Source: the human T2T-CHM13v2.0 reference genome, Homo sapiens. Taken from it: 64,000 bases of DNA. The notes under the pieces were generated by a model. That model saw only the letters and a program-made list of their open reading frames with translations. It was not told the origin of the DNA and did not search any database. The position numbers and the translations under genes were made by a program. The DNA is taken from assembly GCF_009914755.1 (NCBI RefSeq), contig NC_060926.1, one strand, 5' to 3'. Shown piece by piece: positions 13,454 through 38,009 of this stretch (positions within the stretch are counted from its first letter, which is position 1; the number at the start of each line of letters is the position of its first letter).

Positions 13454-14847
13454 TGAGAGGTGACAGCATGCTGGCAGCCCTCGCAGCCCTCGCTCACTCT
13501 CAGCGCCTCCTCGGCCTCGGCGCCCACTCTGGCCGCACTTGAGGAGCCCTTCAGCCCGCTGCTGCACTGTGGGAGCCCCTCTCTGGGCTGGCTGAGGCCC
13601 GAGCCGGCTCCCTCAGCTTGCAGGGAGGTGTGGAGGGAGAGGCGCAGGCGGGAACTGGGGCTGCATGCAGCACTTGTGGGCCAGCATGAGTTCCAGGTGG
13701 GAGTGGGCTCGGTGGGCCCCGCACTCGGAGCAGCCAGCTGGCACTGCTGGCTGTGGGCAGTGATGGGCTTAGCACCCAGGCCAGCAGCTGTGGAGGGTGC
13801 ACCGGGTCCCCCAGCAGTGCCGGTCCACCAGGGCTGCGCTTGAATTCTCACCAGGCCTCAGCTGCCTCCCTGTGGGGCAGGGCTCAGGACCTGCAGCCCA
13901 CCATGCCTGAGCCTCCCCACCACCATGGGCTCCTGCACAGCCTGAGCCTCCCCAATGAGTGCCGCCCCCTGCTCCACGGCACCCAGTCCCATCGACCGCC
14001 CAAGGGCTGAGGAGTGGGGGCACATGGCGCAGGACTGGCAGACAGCTCCACCCTGCAGCCCCGGTGCGGGATCCACTAGGTGAAGCCAGCTGGGCTCCTG
14101 AGTCTAGTGGGGACTTGGAGAACTTTTATGTCTAGCTGGAGGATTGTATATGTACTAATCAGCACCCTGTGTCTAGCTCAAGGTTTGTAAACGCACAAAT
14201 CAGCACTCTGTAGCTAGCTAATCTGGTGGGGACTTGGAGAACCTTTATGTCTAGCTAAAGGATTGTAAATATACCAATCAGCACTCTGTGTCTAGCTCAA
14301 GGTTTGTAAATGCACCAATCGGCACTCTGTATCTAGCTAATCTGGTGGGGACTTGGAGAACTTTTGTGTCTAGCTCAGGGATTGTAAACACACCAATCAG
14401 CACCCTGTCAAAACAGACCAATCAGCTCTCTGTAAAACAGACCAATCAGCTCTCTGTAAAATGGACCAATCAGCAGGATGTGGGTGGGGCCAGATAAGGG
14501 AATAAAAGCAGGCTGCCTGAGCCAGAAGTGGCAACCCCCTGGGGTCCCCTTCCACACTGTGGAAGCTTTGTTCTTTCACTCTTTGCAATAAATCTTGCTG
14601 CTGCTCACTCTTTGGGTCCACACTGCCTTTGTGAGCTGTAACACTCACCGTGAAGGTCTGCAGCTTCACTCCTGAGCCAGCGAGACCATGAACCCACTGG
14701 AAGGAAGAAACTCTGAACACATCTGAACACCAGGAGGAACAAACAACTCTGGACATGTCACCTTTAAGAACTGTAACACTCACCGCGAGGGTCTGCAGCT
14801 TCATTCTTGAACTCAGTGAGACCAAGAACACACCAACTCTGGACACA
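13454..14847 (+). mobile_element. LTR12-family (ERV9) solo LTR, LTR12C/D-like, inserted in ORF2 of E1
   Basis: Starts TGAGAGGTGACAGC, ends GGACACA; 4-bp TSD ATTC 13450-13453 / 14848-14851; GC-rich U3; tandem gtctagct...accaatcagc repeats; L1 ORF2 resumes after the TSD. Confidence 0.95.
14100..14600 (+). promoter_or_regulatory. LTR12 U3 enhancer/promoter: tandem CCAAT (NF-Y) repeats, GATA site, AATAAAA TATA-like box, downstream polyA signal
   Basis: Repeated accaatcagc units about 14270-14475; cagataagggaataaaagcagg at 14491-14512; aataaa at about 14587. Matches known ERV9 LTR architecture. Confidence 0.8.
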
Positions 14848-17405
14848 ATTCCAAAACCTCACAGAGACACAACAAAAAAAGAAAACTTCAGGCCAATATC
14901 CCTGATGAACATCAATGCAGAAATCCTCAATAAAATACCGGCAAACCAAATCCAGCAGCACATCAAAAAGCTTATCCACCGCGATCAAGTTGGCTTCATC
15001 TCTGGGATGAAAGGCTGGTTCAACATACACAAATCAATAAACATAAACCATCACATAAACAGAACCAATGACAAAAAACACATGATTATCTCAACAAACG
15101 CAGAGAAGGCCTTCAATAACATTCAACATCCCTTCATGTTAAAAACTCTCAATAAACTACGTGTTGATGGAACATATCTCAAAGTAATAAGAGCTATTTC
15201 AGACAAACTCATAGCCAATATCATATTGATTGGGCAAAAGCTGGAAGCATTCCCTTTGAAAACTGGCACAAGACAAGGATGCTCTCTCTCACCACTCCTA
15301 TTCAAAATAGTATTGGAAGTTCTGGCCAGGGCATTCAGGCAAGAGAAAGAAATAAAGCGTATTCAAATAGGAAGTGAGGAAGTCAAATTGTCTCTGTTTG
15401 TAGATGACATGATTGTATATTTAGAATACGCCATCGTCTCAGTCCAAAAACTCCTTAAGCTGATAAGCAACTTCAGCAAATTCTCAGCATACAAAATCAA
15501 TGTGCAAAAATCCCAAGCATTCCTATACATCAACAATAGACAAGCAAACAGCCAAATCATGAATGAACTCCCATTCACAATTGCCACAAAGAGAATAAAA
15601 TACCTAGGATGACAGCTTACAAGAGACATGAAGGACCTCTTCAAGGAGAACTACAAACCACTGCTCAATGAAATAAGGGAGAACACAAACAAATGGAAAA
15701 ACATTCCATGCTCATGGATAGGAAGAATCAGTATCGTGAAAATGGCCATACTGCCCAAAGTAATTTATAGATTCAATGCTATTCCCATTAAACTATCATT
15801 GACTTTCTTCACAGAATTAGAAAAAATTACTTTAATTTAAATTTATGGAACCAAAAAAGAGCCTGTATAGCCAGGACAATCCTAAGCAAAAAGAACAAAG
15901 CTGAAGGCATCACGCTACCTGACTTCAAACTATACTACAAGGCCACAGTAACCAAAACAGCATGGTACTGATAGCAAAACAGATATATAGACCAATGGAA
16001 GAGAACAGAGACCTCAAAAATAACATCACACACCTACAACCATCTGATCTTCAACAAACCTGACAAAAGCAAGCAATGGGGAAAGGATTCCCTGTTTAAT
16101 AAATGGTGTGGGAAAACTGGCCAGCCATATGCAGAAAACTGAAACTGGACCCCTTCCTTACACCTTATACAAAAATTAACTCAAGATGGATTAAAGATTT
16201 AGGTGTAAAACCCAAAACCATAAAAACCCTAGAAGACAATGTAGGCAACACCATTCAGGACACAGGCATGGGCAAAGACTTCATGACTAAAACACCAAAA
16301 ACAATTGCAACAAAAGCCAAAATTGACAAATGGGATCTAATTAAACTAAAGAGCTTCTGGAAAGCCAAAGAAACTAGCATCAATGTGAACAGGCAACCTA
16401 CAGAATGGGAGAAAATATTTGCAATCTACCCATCTGACAAAGGTCTAACAGCCAGAATGTACAAAGTACTTAACAAATTTACAGGGGAAAAAAAAAAACC
16501 TCATCAAAAAGTGGGCAAATGGTATGAATAGACACTTCTTAAAATAAGACATTCATGTGGCCAAGAAACATATGAGAAAAGCTCATCATCACTGATCATT
16601 AGAGAAATGCAAATCAAAAGCACTATGAGATTCCATCTCACGACAGTAAGAATGGCCATTATTAAAAGTCAGGAAACAATAAACGCTGGCGAGGCTGCGG
16701 AGAAATTGGTGCACTTTCATACTGTTGGTGGGATTGTAAATTAGTTCAACCATTGTGGAAGACAGTGTGGCAATTCCTCAAGGATCAAAACCAGAAATAC
16801 CATTTGACCTAGCAATTCATTTACTGGCTATATACCCAAAGGAGTATAAATCATTCTACCATAAAGACACATGTACACATATGTTTATTGCAGCACTATG
16901 TTTATTGCATAGTACACATATGTTTATTGCAGCAAAGACAAGGAACCAACCCGAATGCCCATTAATGATGGACTGGATAAAGAAAATGTGGTACATATAT
17001 ATCACGGAATACTATGCAGCCATAAAAAGAATGAGATCATGTCCTTTGCAGGAACATGGATGAGGTTGGAAGCCATCATTCTCAGCAAACTAACACAGGA
17101 ACAGAAAACCAAACACTGCATGTTCTCACTCATAAGTGGGAGTTGAACAATGAGAACACATGGACACAGGCAGGGGAACATGACACACCAGGGCCTGCCA
17201 GTGGCGGGGAAAGAGGAGGGAGAGGATTAGGACAAATACCTAATGCATTCAGGGCTTAAAACCTAGAGGATGGGTTGACAGGTGCAGCAAGCCACCATGG
17301 CCAATGTATACCTATGCAACACACCTGCACAGTCTGCACATGTAACCCAGAACTTAAAGTAAAATAAAATAAAGTAATAAAATAAAATAAAGAAATACAA
17401 GTCTA

Positions 17406-17920
17406 ATCATGTGACTCCCCAGCTTTTAAGTCTTTCATATGGGTTTCCTTTGCATTTGAGCTAAAGAGAAAATGTTTGAACAAAGCTGTCCGTAATTGAG
17501 TCCGCTTAGGTCTTCAGACACACTCTTTCTGTATAGTCAACCAACATCTGCAGGCCCCAAATGGTTCTCTCTGTCCTATAACCAACCTCCCACTATCTCC
17601 TGCTACCTGAACCTAGAAACACCTTATCTCATGCACTTTGACTAATGAACTTCTACTCACCCTTAGGTCTCAGTGCAAATGTCATCTCCTCAATGAAGCC
17701 TTCTCTGATACATAACCATGGTTAGATCATCTGTTCACTGGAGCATCCTCATCATATCACATAACATGCTTACTCCCCAGTAATTGCTCCTTTAGAGGTC
17801 TCTTTTCTCAAAAGAATTGAATGAAGTCAAGGATCCTGTCTATTTTCCACCATCTATGCCTCACACAGTGACAAATGCACAGCAAGAGCTCAATAAAAAT
17901 TTGCTAAATGGAGGAATGAA
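17406..17920 (+). mobile_element. L2 3' end
   Basis: aatcatgtgactcccc...ctcaataaaaatttgctaaatggaggaatgaa tail. Confidence 0.75.
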
Positions 17921-18059
17921 TTACTGCATCTATAAAAACAAACTAGAGCCTATTAATTTAGGTTGTTCTTTTACAATTAGAAACATCATGAACTGATTTT
18001 AATGCATTCCATTCATGTCAACAGATTAATATGTGATACTGTATCATGTAATTGTTGAG

Positions 18060-18260
18060 GACAGGGTTCAGAGGAAGCCTGTCTTCTTTCAAATCCAGCC
18101 TCTCCCCTACTCACCATGTATCCTGAGCAGCTACTACCTTTCCTGCACTTCTGTTTCCCCATCTGTCATATGTTGTGTTGAAGATTAAATGAGGCAATAT
18201 GTGTAAATCAGTTAGAATCATGCCTGACACAACTTACAGACACATCATATAAATAAAGTT
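18060..18260 (+). mobile_element. MIR
   Basis: ctgtttccccatctgt...tgaagattaaatgag...tgcctgacac. Confidence 0.7.
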
Positions 18261-19434
18261 AATATTATTATCATTGTGATATTTTTATTTAAACAACAGC
18301 CTTGCCTTGCCTCCCTTGATCATTAGGAATAGACTTGAAAGATAAGATGTTTTAGGAAGGAGACAGAATAGTAAACAAGATGGCCCAGTCTAAGCCTGCA
18401 GTCTGGGCACAATTTTGAACAGCACCTCCGTGTGATATCGATAGTGTCTCAATGCTGTCTATCTCAAAGTTACCCTCAGTAGAGGATAAGTTGTTATGTC
18501 AAATCTAAACAAAGGGGACTCCAGAGCCTCTGCATGTGTTGTGTGCATAATCTCCACTCTAGCCCTGCAGCCAGAAACCCTGGTCCCTCCCTTGCAGGAC
18601 TGTTTAAGGCTCACCATAGCAACACATACACACTGAGACTTCCCACTCACATCTGGGGATCACGCATTGCTCCAGGCTGTGCATGACTCCTCCCAAGTGT
18701 CACATTTGTTCTAAATGGTACTTAAGTCACTGGAGGAGGGATACTACAGAAAGTGGCCAGCTTAGCAACAGAAGTGCCTTTATGAGTTGCTTGTCCTATA
18801 ATCTGTTCTCTGTTGATGCCATATTGATCCCCAAATGAAGACGGCCATAAGAGCAATGGAAATGTAAAATGGACAATGTTCTTAAAAGGTTATTTAAAAA
18901 TACCTGGCACAATATTTAATGCATAAACAAAACATATTTACATTGTTTAAATGGCCAAAAAAAAAAGGAGAATAAAAAGTAAGATTTAGAAAGTAGTTAA
19001 AAAAAAGTCCCTGTCTGACAGCTTTGAAGAGAGCAGTGGTTCTCCCAGCATGCAGCTGGATATCTGAGAACGGGCAGACTGCCTCCTCAAGTGGGTCCCT
19101 GAACACTGACCCCCTGAGCAGCCTAACTGGGAGGCACCCCCCAGTAGGGGCACACTGACACCTCACACGGCCGGGTACTCCCCTGAGACAAAACTTCCAG
19201 AGGAACGATCAGACAGCAGGATTCGCGGTTCACGAAAATCCACTGTTCTGCAGCCACCGCTGCTGCTACCCAGGCAAACAGGGTCTGGAGTGGACCTCCA
19301 GCAAACTCCAACAGACCTGCAGCTGAGGGTCCTATCTGTTAGAAGGAAAACTAACAAACAGAAAGGACATCCACACCAAAAACCCATCTGTACATCACCA
19401 TCATCAAAGACCAAAAGTAGATAAAACCACAAAG

Positions 19435-20451
19435 ATGGGGAAAAAACAGAGCAGAAAAACTGGAAACTCTAAAAAGCAGAGCACCTCTCCTCCTCCAAAG
19501 GAACGCAGCTCCTCAACAGCAATGGAACAAAGCTGGATGGAGAATGACTTTGACGAATTGAGAGAAGAAGGCTTCAGATGATCAAACTACTCTGAGCTAC
19601 AAGAGGAAATTCAAACCAAAGACAAAAACGTTGAAAACTGTGAAAAAAATTTAGACGAATGTATAACTAGAATAACCAATACAGAGAAGTGCTTAAAGGA
19701 ACTGATGGAGCTGAAAGCCAAGGCTTGAGAACTACATGAAGAATGAAGAAGCCTCAGGAGCTGATGTGATCAACTGGAAGAAAGGGTATCAGTGACGGAA
19801 GATGAAATGAATGAAATGAAGTGAGAAGAGAAGTTTAGAGAAAAAAGAATAAAAAGAAATGAACAAAACCTCCAAGAAATATGGGACTGTGTGAAAAGAC
19901 CAAATCTATGTCTGATTGGTGTACCTGAAAGTGACGGGGAGAATGGAACCAAGTTGGAAAACACTCTGCAGGATGTTATCCAGGAGAACTTCCCCAATCT
20001 AGCAAGGCAGGCCAACATTCAAATTCAGGAAATACAGAGAACACCACTAAGATACTCCTCGAGAAGAGCAACTCCAAGACACATAATTGTCAGATTCACC
20101 AAAGTTGAAATGAAGGAAAAAATGTTAAGGGCAGCCAGAGAGAAAGGTCGGCTTACCCACAAAGGGAAGCCCATCAGACTAACAGCTGATCTCTCAGCAG
20201 AAACTCTACAAGCCAGAAGAGAGTGGGGGCCAATATTCAACATTCTTAAAGAAAAGAATTTCCAACCCAGAATTTCATATCCAGCCAAACTAAGCTTCAT
20301 AAGTGAAGGAGAAATAAAATACTTTACAGACAAGCAAATGCTGAGAGATTTTGTCACCACCAGGCCTGCCCTACAAGAGCTCCTGAAGGAACCACTAAAC
20401 ATGGAAAGGAACAACCGGTACCAGCCACTGCAAAATCATGCCAAATTGTAA
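19435..20451 (+). pseudogene. E2 L1 ORF1, several in-frame stops in the 5' half
   Basis: ATGGGGAAAAAACAG start; TGA stops near 19580-19765; C-terminal 186 aa open (KRPNL...QNHAKL). Confidence 0.9.
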
Positions 20452-20514
20452 AGACCATCAAGGCTAGGAAGAAACTGCATCAACTAACGAGCAAAATAAC
20501 AAGCTAACGTCATA

Positions 20515-24324
<3,810 letters not shown>

Positions 24325-25044
24325 ACAATGAGAACACATGGACACAGGAAGGGGAACATCACACTCTGGGGACTGTTGTGGGGTGGGGGGAAGGGGGAGA
24401 CATAGCATTAGGAGATATACCTAATGTTAAATGATGAGTTAATGGATGCAGCACACCAGCATGGCGCATGTATACATATGTAACTAACCTGCACATTGTG
24501 CACATGTACCCTAAAACTTAAAGTATAATAATAAAATTAAAATTAAAATTAAAATTAAAAAAAAGAAAGTAGTTAAAAATTGGCCTATAAGATAAAAGTT
24601 TAGCTTTTTTTTTTTTTTGGTTTTAGAAACTTATGACAACTGTCTTGAAATGTAAAACCAGCTTTTCTCATAGAGAGATTTTTAAAACTTTTAAATAATG
24701 TATACATAAAATGAAAAGTACCTGGAAAATAATATACATTTCTAAAAAGAAAATCTAGATTATTTGTTTTAAATGATGGAAAATGTATTTTCTATGCTAA
24801 AAATAAGCGTTATTTACAACCTATGTGGCAAATCTACTTGATTAACAGAGAATTCGTAAGGAAGACATTCTTCCTTACTTCCAGCAAATATGAGCATAAC
24901 AAACCTGGATGAGAAATTAGACATCAATCCACCTAGACTAAATCCATACACGATTTCTATCAGCATACAAAATGTGGCATAGAATCAGAACCTGAAAAGA
25001 TACTATTAACAATAAGTAAGGCAATGACCAGACACCAAATCACT

Positions 25045-25275
25045 GCATTATCTAGGGATGAAGAGGAGGACTTTGGTCCAAACCCAGGCTCCTTCACTTA
25101 ATCAGCTTCTTAATCATATACACCTCTGTTTCCTCATCTGTAATTTGGGTATAAAAACATACTTACCTAAAGGGTTTTTGTGGGTACTAAGTTAGCTAAT
25201 ATTTTTTAAGTGCTATACAATGCCTGGCACATGATAAGCCTTCATAAGCCTTCAGTAAATGTTAGCTCTAACCAT
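25045..25275 (+). mobile_element. MIR
   Basis: cctctgtttcctcatctgtaat...aatgcctggcacatgataag. Confidence 0.7.
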
Positions 25276-25686
25276 ATTTATCAAATTCATTTCCACTGCA
25301 CTCTAACTAATGCTTTCCTATATGCCAGTGAACATGGACATCATTCCTGGAATTGTTTGAGATTTGGGTTTCCTTGCATTTATGCCAAGAAGGAGTTTTA
25401 GCTTCAGAGTTAACAAAAGCTGAGAAACAATTCCAGCTTCTTCATTTGCAGGTAGTGAAACTTTAGATGAGCAGTTTAAATTCCCTTTGCTTCAGTTTCC
25501 TCATCTTTAAAATGGAATAACACCTGTCTTATTGGATTGTAATAAACGTTTACTGAAATAATCTGTGTAAAGTGCCAAACACAAAATCATGTTTCATAAA
25601 CAGCAAACAATATTATAGAAACTAAGAAGAATAAGGACAACTATTCCATTGATATTTTACTGAGATATATTAAAATGGAAATTCAA

Positions 25687-25998
25687 GGCCAGGCGTGGTG
25701 GCTCACACCTGTAACCCTATCACTTTGGAAGGCAGAGATGGGAGGATCACTTGAGGCCAGGAGTTTGAGACCAGCCTGGCCAACATGGTGAAACCCTGCC
25801 TGTACTAAAAATACAAAAATTAGCTGGGCGTGGTGGCACACACCTATGGTCCCAGCTACTCAGGAGGCTGAGGCATGAGAATTCCTTGAACCCGGGAAGC
25901 AGAGGTTGCAAGTGGAGGTTGCAGTGAGCCAAGATCATGCCACTGCATTCCAGCCTGGGGGAAAGAGCAAGCCCTTGTCTCAAAAAAAAAAAAAAAAA
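25687..25998 (+). mobile_element. Alu (AluSz/Sx-like) with a small internal duplication (gaggttgca x2)
   Basis: ggccaggcgtggtggctcac start; polyA; TSD ggaaattcaa 25677-25686 / 25999-26008. Confidence 0.93.
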
Positions 25999-26685
25999 GG
26001 AAATTCAAGCAAATAAATAATGTTTCAAATACATGCCAGTTCAGCAAGCAGAGGGAAATTCCTAGTGAAGTGATTCTATGTTGTCCTTCCCAATGATTGG
26101 GAGAGTCTGATGTGCTAATTATAAAATAATTTAATACCTAAGTCTTTTGTGGGTTTTGGCAACATAGAAAAAAAGGCTTACTTGGTATGAATTGCTATAA
26201 TGGAATATTTATCAGAAGAAGCTAACTTTATCCACTACAGAATGCTTTTTGATGTCATTAACCTACAGAAATGATTTTAGGAAAGTAGTGGAAAAGTATC
26301 CACAGGGTGAGGTGACAAGAAGCTTTCTTTTGCTCCTAAAGGCTACATTGAGTAATGTAGCAAGCAACAGTCCTCTGGAGTCCAGTGAGTAAGTAATCAG
26401 AGAGCACCTGAAACAAAGGCCTTCAAAAAGTCTTCAGATTCCTTGTATTAATCACATTAATACTGACTCTCAGAAGACACTGTGTAATTATTAAATAAGG
26501 TGACTTCTCTGCAAAACTACAAAATCTATAGACCTAAAAATCTAAGTAATATAAATCATGATCAACATGCTCCCTGTTGGCTCTGGAGAAAATAGTTTAA
26601 TAAAAAGAATATTATACTTGTACTCATGACACCCAAGTTCAAAATTCTACGCTGCCACATACAGATACATAGACACTGTGGCTTA

Positions 26686-30500
<3,815 letters not shown>

Positions 30501-31454
30501 AAGAATACACTGACTTCAGCACATTGTTGTGAAGGTTGAATGAGATAAAGTACATTCATTGCTGACTCAAAATAAAATCTACAAATACACTGATTCAACT
30601 AATCATCAAATCAATTCGGTTACTTTCAACATTAAATGAATAATCGTTACATTAGTTAATATTTATTATTTATTTACTATGTACCAGATGCTAGGTTAAA
30701 CAACTTTTATTAATTATCTCATAGTTTCTCACAACAAGTCTATAAAAACAGTTCTATTACAATCTCTTTCTCTCATTTTAAGAAAAGAAGATTTAGAGAG
30801 GTAAAGTAACCAGTCTATAGTTACACAAGAGCCAAGTTTTCCAACCAGGGTATGACAGGTTTTTCTCACACCAAAGCCTATATGCTTCCACATTATTGGT
30901 TTTTAAATTATTTCTTAATAGCAGAGTACTTTATTTAAATGACATATTTTGTAAAAGCTAAACACATACCCCAAATAAAGGCCGATCTACCTGGATTCAA
31001 TCAGGGATGGAGAACTCTACTCTCACAATGGCCTTAGAAATACTTCAGAGGAACCCTGGAACTCAAAAAACACAGTGCTCCACAAAACACATTATTACTA
31101 TGATGATCACACCTTTTTCACATTTATGATTTTGACAGTTCAAAACCCACTGGAAAGATCTATGACAAGTAATAATTTATCATGTTTCTAAGGCATTAAT
31201 TTGAATCTTGTATGGCAGAACTGTCGGGAGCAAGTCACTTAGTTGGTAAGTGAGCTTTCTTAGACTGTAAGAATATGCACAGGTTATGCATGATTTATGA
31301 TACACATGTGATTTGGGAGAAAGCCAGGAGCCTGGATAAACATTTCCTAGTTCATGAATTTGGGGCTTTCTAAACAATTTAGGGCATACTATTAGTAAAA
31401 TGTCTAGTTTCTCCAATTCCTGGTTACTGCAGATTAGTAGAATATGTCTTCCAT

Positions 31455-32601
31455 TTTAAAAAATTTGTATTGATACATAATATTTGTACATATTTATGGT
31501 ATACATGTGATACTCTGATACATATGTACAATGTGTAATCATCAAATCAGGATATTCAGGATATCTATCACCTCGAACATTTATTGTGTTAAGAATGTTT
31601 CAAATCTTCTCTTCTAGCTATTTTGAAATACATAACATATTGTTGTTAACCATAGTCACCCTACTGTGCTATCAAACACTAGAAATTATTCCTTCTATGT
31701 AACTATATGTTTGTACCCATTCACCAACCTGTCTTCATGTCTCCAGTCCCCACATCCTTCCCAGCCCCTGGGAGCTATAATTCTACTTTCTACCTCTACA
31801 AGATAAACATTTTTAGCTCCCACAAATGAGTGGGAAACATGAGATACTTGTCTTTCTGTGCCTAGCTTATTTCACTTAATATAATGACCTTCAGTTCCAT
31901 CCACATTGCTGCAAATAACAGAATTTCATTCTTTTCAAGGCTGAATAGTATTCTATTGCATATATGTACCATAAATTCTTTATCCATTCATCCACTGATT
32001 GACACTTAGTTTGACTCCATATCTTGGCTATTCTGAATAGTGCTTCAGTAAACATGGGGATACAAGCATCCCTTTGATATAATGATCTCCTTTCCTTTGG
32101 ACAAATACCCAGAAATAGGATTGCTGGATCATATGGTAGTTCCACTTTTGGTTTTTTGAGAAATTTCTATACTGTTTTCCATAATGGTAGTACAAATTTA
32201 CATTTCCATCAACAGTGTGTGAGAGTTCATTTTACCCCACATCCTTGCCAGCATTTTTTGTCTTTTTTATAATAGCCATTTTAACTGAGGTAAAATAGCA
32301 TCTCATTGTGGTTTTGATTTGCATTTCCCTAATAATTAGTGATGTTAAGTATTTTTTCATAAACCTGTTAACCATGTGTATGTCTTATTTTAATAAATGT
32401 CTATTCAGATCCTTTGTCCACTTTTGAATGGGATTATTGTTATTATTATTTTTATTGTTATTGTTACTGTTAAGTTCCCTGTACATTCTGGATATCAGTG
32501 CCTTGTTAAATGAATAGCTTTCAAATATTATCTCCCATTTTACAGGTTGTCTGTTCACTCTGTTGGTTGTTTCCCTTACTGTGCAGAAACTTTTTAGTTT
32601 A
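31455..32601 (-). mobile_element. L1MA-type 3' fragment
   Basis: ORF track [18 protein letters not shown] and [19 protein letters not shown]; L1MA-like 3'UTR. Confidence 0.88.
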
Positions 32602-34118
32602 CTATAATAAACTACATTGAAATACAGAACATCCAAGATGTTATCATATCATCTTGGAATTTACAATAGTAAGGAAGCGTAAATTTTGAATTAAGTCGAA
32701 GCTGAATTCTAGGAATTAGAAAACAAAAACTTCAAAAAATGGAAAAATATAATTTCATGACTAAAGAATTTATAAGTGAAAATATTTACAAAAAATGAAA
32801 ATGTTTTCACTATTCTTTACAAATCATCACTCTAATTATGAATAACATAATTAAGAATAAAAAGTAAGATATTAAAAAAGAAACATATCTAGTGAATACT
32901 GACAACTCTTTGATGAACTCAGTTTCAGTGTGTTCAAAAATGTAGGTTTACATAAATCAGTAGACACCTAGTCCTTTAGACAGCTTGATTCCTTTATGAA
33001 GAATTTTTGTTGTTGTTAGTCCTGAGTGAGTTTCTCATGGCCCAACAACAAAATAATTTTAAATTACCTACAAATCAACTTGAAAACATTGAAAATCTTG
33101 CTGATTTTTCTTTTAGTTTTGGGAGAAGTGAAAAAGCTTGGTTTCTTGAAGAATATTACTTGATCCACTACTAAATATATTTTTATTTGTTGTGGTTTGT
33201 AGCTGCTGAGAGTTGCTTACTTTCTTTCTTTACGTTTTTTCTCTCTTTATGTTTTTGCTCTCTTTCTAACACCACAGGTATTCCAGTATTCCCTTTGTTG
33301 TATGTAAGTACTTTGTTTCTTACCATCGCATGCCTCTAACATCAAAGCTGAGCAATAACATGGTTTTGAGGTTGATTTTCCTCCAAAGCAAAGGCAAGTA
33401 CAGAGATGGAAGTATGTTTGCATCAACATGTATTTACTGGGCTTCAGTTACGTAGCTCAGCTATGTAGGTCAGTAGGTTTAAGGTTTGATACTGAACAAT
33501 AAAAGACATTAAAAGATAGACAACAGCTAGAAATCAGTTCTACACTAGGTGAGCCTTTCACATCTCTGGATTATATTTTAGACCCTGCACTCACCTTACC
33601 TCGTAGAGAGAATGTTAATGAGAAATGTTCACATGAAATTTTCTTCTGCATTTTATAAAAGTGCTGTCAGTGACATTTTATTTTTTATCATTCTATGTCC
33701 CCTTTTGTAGTCCTCACATAAAAAACATCTTAGTACCTAGACACATGAAGTGCCTAAATGTCTACCAACAGGACAATGCATAAGTAAGTTATGGTATTTC
33801 CACATGACAGAGTATTACACAGGTATTAAAGTAATAATTTTGAAGACTATTTAAAAGCTGGAAAATGTTTATAACACAAGTGTCTTTTTTTTTTAATGTT
33901 TTTTTTTTTTATTATTATACTCTAAGTTTTAGGGAACATGTGCACATTGTGCAGGTTAGTTACATATGTATACATGTGCCATGCTGGTGCGCTGCACCCA
34001 CTAACGTGTCATCTAGCATTAGGTATATCTCCCAATGCTATCCCTCCCCCCTCCCCCGACCCCACCACAGTCCCCAGAGTGTGATATTCCCCTTCCTGTG
34101 TCCATGTGATCTCATTGT

Positions 34119-37970
<3,852 letters not shown>

Positions 37971-38009
37971 TCATTAGTTGATGCAGTTTCTTCCTAGTCT
38001 CGATGGTCT

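Larger units (their letters stand above)
9710..17391 (+). mobile_element. LINE-1 E1, L1PA7/L1PA8-like, near full length (slightly 5'-truncated), ORF1 and ORF2 disrupted, interrupted by LTR12
   Basis: 5'UTR, ORF1 remnants (MKENILRAAREKGRLTHKGKPIRL) and ORF2 EN/RT/C-terminal fragments in the ORF track; 3'UTR and A-rich tail to 17391; TSD gaaatacaaatcta 9696-9709 / gaaatacaagtcta 17392-17405; inserted into an L2. Confidence 0.95.

Noticed and set aside
14100-14480. Tandem repeats as a CRISPR-like or novel array
   Set aside because: Standard ERV9/LTR12 U3 repeats with no unique spacers.
13423-14846. Overlapping 70-150 aa ORFs in LTR12, and similar ORFs antisense to L1 or within Alus
   Set aside because: By-products of GC-rich or repeat sequence; they recur in every copy of these families.
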